From NCBI RefSeq assembly GCF_006345805.1, contig NC_043006.1, forward strand, positions 26,164,001 to 26,228,000: 64,000 bases of DNA, read 5' to 3'. This DNA is from Octopus sinensis (taxonomy: Eukaryota). The notes under the pieces were generated by a model that made no database searches, had not been told where the DNA came from, and was given only the letters and a program-made list of their open reading frames with translations. The translations under genes and the position numbers were made by a program. Positions 24,801 through 36,800 of the stretch are shown here, piece by piece. The number at the start of each line of letters is the position of its first letter. The stretch's first letter is position 1.

Positions 24801-27800
24801 ATGTTTATATGGAAAAAATCAGAGATGTAAAAAATCAGACATTAAAATTTCAGATAAGGGAACGATAAAAATTTTAAGTTAACTCTAAATTTCTTAAATC
24901 ATGTTCACTAAAATAGTTGAGTTCAAATCCTAGAATTCCTCACCAAGCTCTAAATCATTATGGGAAGAACTATCATCACTCTCAGTCCCACAACAAGTTG
25001 TCTTCAGTGCCATCCATAGCATTAGTGATACCACATTTTTTTTTTTCAAGACATGACTTCAGCACCCATTTACACACTTGAGATATTGATTGGTGTTTCA
25101 TCTTTTCACTTGGTGTCATGTCATGTCATGATTCCCCTCAGTCATCCATTTACTCCATTGCCCTCTCATATTACTCTTAAACGGTTTATTAATGCTAACA
25201 TCCTGTGGCTGCTAGCTGCGTGTTTAGCATTTTGATGTTTTCAAACCCTCAAGCACTAAACTAATCCCATTGAAAGCAGTTTTGGGTTGTTTTTTTTTTT
25301 TTTGGCAAGAGTTAGATTACATGGAGCTCAGATCCTACACTTATCTCTACAGAGATGATGCATCATACTAAAGAATTTGAAGTAAGTTCTTTGCCCCTCA
25401 GATAGATGTTGATGATGAAGAACCATAACTTTATCATTCCACCACCATTCCCCTCCCCAAAGTAAACATCTTTTGTGATAAGAACATGCCCTATTATGAT
25501 GTTACAATTCAAATTTATTTCTAACATATTTCTATTTGTTTGTAAGTGTATATAATATACTATGTATGTTTAGGAATGGTTATTTTTGTGCATAAACGGT
25601 TATATTGCCCCTGCCCCCTCCCAATATCTACCAGCGATCATTCTGAATTTATAACAAGAGGAAAAGTAACAGGAAGGAAAAATATTGCCTTACAGCAAGA
25701 TTTTCAGGAACATACTATTTCCATAATACTGATTCTTCTCTTTCTCTCTTTATGGCATCTAGTTGCAGAAAATCTGTCATTGAGTTTCATATGACCGATG
25801 TAAGCATGGAAAATTAGATGCTAAATGTGCCAGTGGCACATAAAAAGCACCTTTTGAGCACTGAGCCTCACAGAGGCAATGACAAATGACTGAAACCTTT
25901 GGCAATATGCTGTGCTTGAGAAGGAAGATCCATCAAGCCGAGTGAAATCGTAGTCATGGCAGATACTGGTGGCACGTAAAAGCACCCATTACACTCTTGG
26001 AGTGGTTGGTGTTATGAAGGGCATCCAGCCATAAAAACCATGCCAAATCAGACTGAAATCTGGTGCAGCTTGTCAGCCCTGATCAAACTGTTCAACCTAT
26101 GCTGGCATGGACAAATGATGACCACGACGACAACACAAGCCAAGTGGCAAAGTTGCAAGAGTATAGGAGGTAAATGCCTAGCTGTGTTTGTTCTGGTTCT
26201 GTGTCCTCTAATCTTAAATTACATCAAGGTCAACATTGCCTGTCACCTTTTCAGGATTGGTAAAATACCTGTTTAAATTTGTGGATTGGCTGAATTGTTA
26301 AGGCATTGGACAAAACGATTTGTAGTATTTGTTCCAGCTGCTCATGAGCATCGTAGGTAGCATGGAAAGTGAGGACCTGCTGCATTGGTAACTGCTGGTC
26401 TTGTGTAAATTTGTCCCATGGATGCACATTCCAGATGCAGTTATATGGTAAACCCTTACTGATGGAAGCCTTCTTAAATATGTATTTATATGCAAAAAAA
26501 AACAACACATTTGCAACTGGAATCTATTCGTTATAGAACCACCATGTATTTGCTTTTCAACAAGTTGTTTACATTAAGTATGATATTTAGTTGACTCTTT
26601 CAGTCTAAATTTGTTTTTGTTGCATAATTTTTTTCTTCTTTATTTTAATTTAGTTGATACAAAGCCTGAAGATAATGATGATACTTCTCGGGGAGGAAGT
26701 GCAGAACCTGAAACAAATAAGAAAAAGAAAAAGGTTAAAAAAGAAGAAGTTGTGGAAAAAACAAAAAAACCCAAAGGCCAGGTAAATTCTCTATAATTTA
26801 TTTATGTAAGTATTGTTTCATATATTACCACTAAAATAATGTTTTAATTCCTCCACTTGTGTAACTGAGCTTACATTGAGTGCATTGGATGCAGGGTGAT
26901 TTCTTAAGCTATTTTGGAGTAAAAAAAAGGTACATCTTATAGGCCATCAAATACGATGATTGTCTTCAGTGGATTGGAAATTAAGTAGAAAAATGTTCCA
27001 TCAGAGCCTCCTCTGGGATTATGTATTTAGAAACAGATTAATACAATCAAGTCAGATTTCGAATCGATATGTTTTTCATGTGTATGATATCTGTCATTGG
27101 AATCTTGACTGAGTCTTTGTGTAGCACTGCTGTATTAGGTGTGGTTGGCTTTTGTTTATGACATTAGATTCACTGGTTGAAGCCAGCTCAGCTAATCCTA
27201 GACAAAGACCAACACAAATTATGATTCACTGTATGCAAAGATGGTGGTCTCTACTTCTGCAAAGATTATGATAGCACTGAAAGATCAAATGAGATAGTTG
27301 TCTTCAAGCAGATTGAAAAATAGTCATGTAACTAATTGTGATTGAAGAAGACAGTTAAGGAACCCTGAGAAATATATGTTTAATTCTTGGAGAAAATAGA
27401 TTATATGTATGTGTGGACGCTACTTTTTGGAGCAAACTTGAAGAATATGCCATAAACTAAATTACAGAGAGAGATACAGATGGCTCATGGAGCTTTATCA
27501 CAGTATGATCTTGCCCTCCTGTTTATGTTGTTTGCAGTTTTGGGTGAGCTTCTTATATAGGCTGCCATTGTTATTGCTGGAGCAGTTCTCTCCTATTCTG
27601 GTTTTGCTTGTTGGTTGCAAATTTTCATGTCTATCAGCAAAGGCATTGAGGTAGAAAAGTCGAAAACAAAGAGAAATAGAAATAAAGAAAAGAAAAAGAG
27701 TTGGGTTTAAACAGAGGAATATAGATTGAAAATGAGGTAAAAATTTAGTAGACTTAAGTTCATGTGAGTTAAAGCCAACTCACAATTACAAAAAGGGAAA

Positions 27801-30800
27801 TTATGGGTGAAATCAAGATACATTAAAGGTATCTAGTTAGAAAGAAGCAATAGAAAATACTTTAGAGCATGTAAATTAAAGAAACCATAGTTTGAAAATA
27901 CAGTAAGAATATTATTAATAAATTCTACATGTTTTAGTCAGGGTTAATGATTTATTTCGAAGTGCTTTACCAGTATTCTTGAAGTGCCATTAAGTCTTAT
28001 ATTTTCTAGTATTTTCTGAGAATTTAAAAAATTTATTTATTTGTTATAAAACTTACTGTCTTTTGTGAAGCTATGACAGTAAATACTATCTGAAATTCTT
28101 ATCCAGTATTATTTTCCCATGAAAATTTTTTTGCGGTTATTCATGTAAATCAGTTAAAAAAACATTGGGAATACCTCATCAGGTTTGAAACATTTTGAAC
28201 TTTTTTTTTTTTCTTTTTTTACCAGATTGCAAAAATAAAAGAAGCTTTGGAAAAAATGAAAGAAGAAGAAGAAAGGTTACGAAGGGAAGAAGAGGAAAAA
28301 GAAAGAATGCTTGCAGAAATGCAAAGAAAGAAAGAAGAACAAGTATGTAAACAATTATTTTACATCTTTTAACATATTCTTCTTGTAAATGTGTAATAAA
28401 ACTTATTTTAAAATATAGCACATTTTCATTGTTTCATTTTCTCCCTCAGTTAAAAGCATTTTTCTGTGAAGGGCCTTAAAGTTAACTTAGCAAAGGTGTA
28501 GGCAGGAATTCCATTTGGTGTACCCAGTGCAAGCTAAGGCTACACTAGAGGTGCAGTGGAATAATGGGAAGGTTATCAGAAAAGGTACTGTTTGTATGTG
28601 GAAAATGTACTGGAGCCATAAAACTACAGATGCCCAGGAAATTGATTTTGTCAGATGGCTCAGAGGTAGTGGATAATTCCTGCTACCGAGGGAACCTAAT
28701 TAGCAGTGGAGGAGGATGCCTGGAAAGTCTAAGAATAGGATGGAGAACATTCCGAGAATGTTAACCTCCATTGGCAACCAAAGGTCTCTCTCGGAGTGAA
28801 AGGAAGAGAGTGTATGATGCATGTATATGAATAATAAAGATGTGCAGGGGTCACGTGAAGACTAAAGTGGAATGAAGCTAATATGCTCTGCTGGATGTGC
28901 AACAGAGTATAGTGAGAGAAAAGTCAGGCATAAGAAGAATTAAGATGCAGTTAGCAAGAGAGAAGACTGTTGGTTTGGTCATGTGATGGCTATGGAATTA
29001 GTTGCATACAGAATTGCTGTTCATTTAAAGTGGATGGAACTTGTGGGAGAGGGAAACCCAGGAAGACATAGAACAAAGTACTGAAGGCCAGCCTCAAGAC
29101 ACTGAGCCTTACAAAGGAGATAACAAAGACCTGAGATATCTGTCACCTTCTGTACTGAAGAAAACCTGTCCTCCACAACAATTGATAGCAATGCTGGTGC
29201 CACATAAAAAGTAACCAGTACATTCTAGAATGTAGTTAGTATTAGGAAGGGGACCCAGCTATAGAATCCATGCCAGAACAGCAATGGAGCCTGGTGCAGT
29301 CCCCTGCTTTAGCAGCCCCTGTCAAACTGTCCAACCCATGTCATCATGGAAAATGGATGTTAAATGATGATGATTACTTTTGAAAATTGGGTATGTGTTG
29401 TTGGTCTCAGTTCTCTTAGATCAGGCAAAGAAACCTTTTTCTAATAACTATCTTTGCAACTCATTGTGTGTGTTTTCATGTAACTATAATATAAATAATG
29501 ATGGGTATGAATGATCTCAGACAGGATGACAATAAAAGACTTCAAACAGTTTGTTTACAATGTCGTGTATCTTTTGTTTTACTCACTAATTTAATTTGGT
29601 TGTTTTGCTTTTGGAGTGGCTGTGTGATAAGTAGCTTGTTTACCAACCACATGGTTCCGGGTTCAGTCCCACTGTGTGGCACCTTGGGCAAGTGTCTTCT
29701 ACTATAGCCTTGGGCCGACCAAAGCCTTGTGAGTGGATATGGTAGACGGAAACTGAAAGAAGCCAGTCATATATGTGTGTATGTGTATATATATATATAT
29801 ATGATCATCATCATCATCGTTTAACGTCCGCTTTCCATGCTAGCATGGGTTGGCGGTTCAACTGGGGTCTGGCAAGCCCGAAGGCTGCACCAGGCCAGTC
29901 AGATCTGGCAGTGTTTCTACAGCTGGATGCCCTTCCTAACGCCAACCACTCCGAGAGTGTAGTGGGTGATTTTATGTGCCACCGACACAGGTGCCAGACG
30001 AGGCTGGCAGACGGCCACGCTCGGATGGTGTTTTTTATGTGCCACCGACACAGGTGCCAGACGAGGCTGGCTGACGGCCACGCTCGGATGGTGTTTTCTT
30101 ATGTGTCACCATCATATCAAATCAAATCAAATCAAAACAAATCAAAATAGATGAACATAAATGGAATTTGTATCTTTGTGGTACCAGTGCCGGTGGCACA
30201 CAAGAAAATCATCCGAACGTGGCCGTAGCCAGTACCGCATAGACTGGCCTCCGTGCTTTGGGGACGTAACAAACACCATCCGATCGTGGCCGTCCGCCAG
30301 CCTCATCTGGCACCTGTGTCGGTGGCACATAAAAACACCATCCGAGCGTGGCCGTCTGCCAGCCTCGTCTGGCACCTGTGTCGGTGGCACATAAAAACAC
30401 CATCCGAGCGTGGCCGTTCGCCAGCCTCGTCTGGCACCTGTGTCGGTGGCACATAAAATCACCCACTACACTCTCGGAGTGGTTGGCGTTAGGAAGGGCA
30501 TCCAGCTGTAGAAACACTGCCAGATCTGACTGGCCTGGTGCAGCCTTCGGGCTCCCCAGACCCCAGTTGAACCGTCCAACCCATGCTAGCATGGAAAACG
30601 GACGCTAAATGATGATGATGATGATGATGATGTCTGTGTTTGTCCCCCTAACATTGCTTGACAACCGATGCTGGTGTGTTTATGTCCCCGTTACTTAGCG
30701 GTTCGGCAAAAGATACCGATAGAATAAGTACTGGGCTTGCAAAAGAATAAGTCCTGGGGTCGAGTTGCTCGATTAAAGGCGGTGCTCCAGCATGGCCTCA

Positions 30801-33800
30801 GTCAAATGACTGAAACAAGTAAAAGAGTAAGGAGTATATACATGCTTCAAATACAAATTGTATGCCTGCCATAGCCTATGTAAACTATTTTGTTATCATC
30901 CATTTCTAGAAATTGCTAGAAGAAGAAAGGAAAAGAAGGAAAAAACAAAAAGAGAAAGAAAAGAAAGAACAGTTGAAGGCTGAAGGAAAGTTGCTAACTG
31001 AAAAGCAGAAGCATGAACGCATGCGTGCACAACAGATGTTGGATGCTATGAGAAGCCAAGGTAATTTGAATAGATTTCAAATTAGATATATCACTTTATT
31101 CTTTCTTAATTCAGTGGTTACTTATTAGTAAAAACATTAGCAAACCATTTGAATTGAAATTTTCCAACACATAAAATTCAAATACATGTTAATATTTTGA
31201 AAAAGTTATATACTAGCATTTATCTTTTGGATCAGCATTGTACTATAATTGATTTAGTATAATCGATTAGTTGCACAAAACCATCATGTCTAAGGGCACT
31301 AAGACACTTCTATAACAAACACTTTGGAATGTTAATGTTGGAAAATTTTAATTCAAGATGTATAATTCTACGTTCTTTGTTATGTCTTTCTACACACACA
31401 CTGCACTCTGCCTACTGTTCATTAGTTAGTACTAAACCCTTTCATTACCAAATTGCCTAAAACTGGCTGAAAAAATTTTGGTCAATATTACAATACTGCA
31501 CAAAACTGAAATGACCTATTGATATTTTTAATGAGAATTTCAACACAAATATTGTTAGTACATTCGGGAAAACATGTGGTCTCACTTTGTAAAACAATTG
31601 AATTTCACTGTTGTATAACTCATTTCCTGTGCTGATGTTTAAACAAAATTTAAATAGTTTAATGATTTATTGAATTTACCTGTATTTATCTGTAATTAGA
31701 TTAGCTTTGAGACAAAACTCATGAAACAAATTTGGTTAAGAACCTGTTATTAAATTGTGTTCCAAAAGTCACGTTAATATGTTGATAAATAAAAAAAGTT
31801 AGTTGTTTTATTAAACCAGTCTTAATTCACAATTATTTTAGAATTTAATTGAAACACATAAGGGATGTGTCTTGGTTCGAAATATAGTAATGAATGAGCT
31901 AATCCAGTGAGAGAGGACTATCATTTGATAAATACGGGAGTTATATGTGAGCTATTTCAAGTTTTTCACACTTGGATAGTGCAGTAATTAGACAGGCTTG
32001 TCTTGTGTATTGTGCACAGTCTAGCAATTTTTTAGTATCAATTGCTATTTTTTGTTGATTTTTGCATGCATTTTCTCAGTGTAGTCATGTCTCACACACA
32101 CAAATATATATAGGCAAAATCAACTTTGTTTTTTTATTGTTAGTATATGAAGATCATTCTTTCTCACTACAGTTATAATTGAGCCAAGTGGAAGTTTGCT
32201 GTTATTAACTGGCAATGACATTGTGATATCATACTGTGTTTATCCAAATACTGTTGTTGTCTATGTTCCGTTACATTTAGAAGTTTAATTCAGCTAAATA
32301 GCCAGTCTAACTAGCTACCATTTGGCATTATTTCTATAATGACCTTACACACAAAAAACACAGAAATCTATTTTTCATTTTCTTTACCAACATATATTCT
32401 CATAAGGAATGTTCTGCTTTTAGGTTTTCATACATGGCTCTTATATCAACTGTTATACATATTTGTTGTTAATTTGTATTATAAATTGTTTGGAATCATG
32501 TTATGACTGTTTTGTTTTAGGTTTAGAGTTGCCTGTTAAAGATGAAAGTGCTCCTAAAAAAAGGATTGTTTATACTGATAAGAAGAAAAAAAGAACACAA
32601 ACTGATGGTATGTATTATATTTTTGATTCTCTTTAATTTTATATGCTATTGAATTCTTTGAGAAAGAAACTTCCCTTTCATTAGTTTTGGAGAAGTGATA
32701 TCAGTTTTGCTTAATTTTGTAACCTTTGATGGGCTAATATTCAGTAAAATACTTTTTTTAATTTGCTTTTTAGGGTCTAGTTTATTTTCCTGTAGAACAC
32801 CCACCGCCATGCTCTAACAGCAGAATAAGGTGTTTACTCATTTGTGTCTAAAACAGATTTTTAACACACATATATAAATATACAGTACCTAAACACTGCT
32901 TCATTTGTACAATGCTTTCAGCAATAAAAACTGTATTAGATATTATAAAGATAATCCTCTGCAAAATGTGTACAATTTTTTCTATCTAATAACATATTTG
33001 TAAATGAATAGACCAGCTTGGAGGAGAAGGGTCTGGAAGCTTAAAGATCCTGCAAATGCACAGAGATTTAGAGACATACTACTCGAAGCCTCTGACGAAA
33101 TAGAAGGGGATATAGCTTCACTTAATGTGGAAGACAACTGGAGATTCCTACGGGACAATCTGCTGACAGCCACTGACCAGATCTGTGGATGGAGCAAAGT
33201 ACCATCTCGACCCAGAGTAACATGGTGGTGGAACACGGTGGTTGACGGGGCTATTAGACAAAAGAGACAGGCTTGGAAGGACTGGAAGAACGGTGGTAGC
33301 AGGGAATTGTATCAGACAGCCAAAAGGGAAGCTAGGAGACAGGTTTATATAGCCAGAGGGGAAGCGGATAAGAAAAAATTTGCCAATGTTCTGAGCCGTG
33401 AGGATGAAAGACTTGAGGTATTTCGTGTTGCAAGACAGTGTGTGAGAGAGAATCGTGATGTGGTAGGAGAGAAGTGTGTTCGCATGGATGATGGTTCACT
33501 TGCGCTAAATGAGGATGCAAAGAGAGAGGTTTGGAGATGCCACTATGAAAGTTTGCTGAATAAAGAAAATGAATGGGATAAAGAGAGTCTGCCAAATGTT
33601 GACCCAACAGAGGGACCAGCTATCCGAGTTGATAGTTCCGTAGTAGCTAAGGCAGTTAGGAGCATGAAGACAGGGAAAGCCCCAGGCCCATCAGGAATTA
33701 CTGCAGAGATGCTCAAAATATCTGGCAGTGTCGGCTATAACCTAGTCACCCGTATAGTCAACCAGGTGATACACGAAGGAGTCATACCCAATGACTGGTG

Positions 33801-36800
33801 TAGCAGCATACTAGTCAACTGCTACAAAGGTAAAGGTGATGCCCTGGATACAAATAATTACAGAGGTATCAAGCTGTTGGATCAGGTAATGAAGGTTACG
33901 GAGAGGGTCTTAGCCCAACTAATTAGAGAGAGAGTTAGTTTAGATGAGATGCAGTTTGGGTTTGTCCCAGGGAAAAGCACCACTGATGCTATATTCCTGG
34001 TAAGGCAGCTGCAGGAGAAATACCTAGCCAAGGATAAGCCCCTGTACCTGGCTTTTGTTGACATGGAGAAAGCCTTTGATAGGGTCCCCCGATCCCTCAT
34101 CTGGTGGTCAATGAGGAAACTAGGGATAGATGAATGGCTGGTGAGGGCTGTGCAAGCCATGTACAGAGATGCCGTAAGTAAGGTTAGAGTTGGCAACATG
34201 TACACAGAAGAATTCAAAGTAGAGGTTGGGGTCCACCAGGGTTCAGTACTCAGCCCCCTCCTATTTATCATAGTCCTCCAGGCAATAACGGAGGAATTCA
34301 AGACCGGTTGCCCCTGGGAGCTCCTCTATGCTGACGACCTCGCTCTAATCGCTGAGTCACTATCAGAACTGGAGGAGAAGTTCCAGGTGTGGAAGGAGGG
34401 TTTAGAATCGAGGGGCCTTAGAGTCAACCTAGCTAAAACCAAAGTACTAATAAGTAGAAAGGTAGAAAACCCACAAATATCATCAGGAAGATGGCCCTGT
34501 TCGATCTGTAGAAAAGGTGTAGGTAGAAACTCTATAAGATGTACCCAGTGTAAGCTATGGACACATAAGAGGTGCAGCAATGTCAAAGGTAGGCTAACTG
34601 GGAAGATAGTTTTTGTATGTGGCAGGTGCTCTGGAGCACTGACCTCCGAAAATCTGCAGAAAACAACTTCTGTCACTTTCCGGGGGGAAAAACTAGAAGT
34701 AGTTGATAGTTTCCGCTATCTAGGTGACCAAGTCAGTAGTGGGGGTGGGTGCGCTGAAAGTGTAACTGCTAGAATAAGAATAGCCTGGGCAAAGTTTAGG
34801 GAGCTCTTACCTCTGCTGGTGACAAAAGGCCTCTCGCTCAGAGTAAAAGGCAGACTGTATGATGCATGTGTACGAACAGCTATGCTACATGGCAGTGAAA
34901 CATGGGCCGTGACTGCTGAGGACATGCGTAAGCTCGTGAGGAACGATGCCAGTATGCTCCGATGGATGTGTAATGTCAGTGTACTTACTCGACAGAGCGT
35001 TAGTACCTTGAGAGAAATGTTGTACCTAAGAAGCATCAGTTGTTGTGTGCAAGAGAGACGATTGCGCTGGTATGGTCATGTGGCGAGAATGGATGAAGAG
35101 AGGTGTGTGAGAAAGTGCCAATCCCTAGCAGTTGAGGGAACCCGTGGAAGAGGTAGACCCAGGAAAACCTGGGACGAGGTGGTGAAGCACGACCTTCGGA
35201 CGTTAGGTCTCACCATGGAAATGACTAGAGACCGAGACCTATGGAAGTATGCTGTGCGTGAGAAGACCCGGCAAGACTAGTGAAGCCATAATCCGTGGCC
35301 CCTACCTGGGACGTAGTCAGTCCACCTGTGCATACCTTCCTTCTTGTGACACTTGTGAAGACCTGTTGAGGCAAGTGAGAATCGAATCGAATTGTATCAA
35401 ATCAAATCGAACCAAATCAAAATAGATGAACATCAATGGAATTTGTATCCTTGTGGTACCAGTGCCGGTGGCACATAAGAAAACCATCCGAACGTGACCG
35501 TAGCCAGTACCGCAATGACTGGCCTCCGTGCTGAGGGCACGTAACAAACACCATCCGAGCGTGGCCGTCCGCCAGCCTCGTCTAGCACCTGTGTCGGTGA
35601 CACATAAGAAAACACCATCCGAGCGTGGCCGTCTGCCAGCCTCGTCTGGCACCTGTGTCGGTGGCACATAAAAAACACCATCCGAGCGTGGCCGTCTGCC
35701 AGCCTCGTCTGGCACCTGTGTCGGTGGCACATAAAAAAAAACACCATCCGAGCGTGGCCGTCTGCCAGCCTCGTCTGGCACCTGTGTCGGTGGCACATAA
35801 AATCACCCACTACACTCTCGGAGTGGTTGGCGTTAGGAAGGGCATCCAGCTGTAGAAACACTGCCACATCTGACTGGCCTGGTGCAGCCTTCGGGCTTCC
35901 CAGACCCCAGTTGAACCGTCCAACCCATGCTAGCATGGAAAGCGGACGTTAAACGATGATGATGATGATGATGATGATGAATATAATTAGAATAACAAAT
36001 AAAATGTGGAATCTACAAAAGTTCATGTATTTTCAACAAGTTTTGCAGTTTCTTTTATATGTTACATAGTCAGTGCTGTGTTTTTCACTCAGGAAATACT
36101 ACTTTTGCCTTCGATTTTTGTCTAGATGTAAAATTTCCAAGATTGACTAGTTTGCATTTACACTTTATTCTTCTTAGCCCCAGGCTGACCAAAACCACAT
36201 GAGTGTATTTGATTGACTGAAACTGAAACAAGCAATTATGTATGTTTGTGTCTCCTTGTCTTGACATCACATGATTGTTATGAGTGTCGCTGTCATACAT
36301 GCAATGTCTTTCATTTCCAGTAGTCTGTGAAATATTTGGCCATGGGGAAATGTTAGCTTATTTGGAAACAGGTAAAAGTTGGTGACAGGAAGGCATTCAG
36401 CTGTAAAAAAATCTGCTTAAATTAACTTTGACCCATGCAAATATGGAAAACTGGACATTAACATGATGATGATTATGCATCAAATAAAGCAACTATTTCA
36501 TCATTGCACCTTTTGGGATGCTTTCTCTTTTCTTAGCTACTTGGTAAAATTACTTTGTTGCTGTTAAAGTTTGATGTCATTGGGTTCAAATAATTTTTCA
36601 GACTGCCATCCTTTTGTTTTCTAGTGATAAGGTGGCTCTTTTTTTATTTAAGAGCATTAAATTTTTCTCCTCTTTTTAAATTGTAACTTTTGTAGTCTTG
36701 CTTATTGTCACTTTATACTTTTTCAAGTTTTCTTTTTACCAGTAACTTTCTTTGCTAGTGGTGTATCAAATTCTATGTTCCTTTTTCTCATAGAAGACCT

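Larger units (their letters stand above)
29614..30833 (+). mobile_element. tRNA-derived SINE split by two RTE-UTR insertions
   Basis: Head at 29614-29800 and tail at 30631-30833 rejoin into the structure seen intact at 7809-8190. Confidence 0.85.

Noticed and set aside
29773-30608. Recurrent [11 protein letters not shown] / [10 protein letters not shown] ORFs
   Set aside because: Chance frames through the non-coding RTE 3' UTR, repeated at every copy.
35547-35800. CRISPR-like array (also 30270-30460)
   Set aside because: Units are contiguous tandem repeats with no unique spacers, inside a LINE 3' UTR in a eukaryotic gene; no cas genes.
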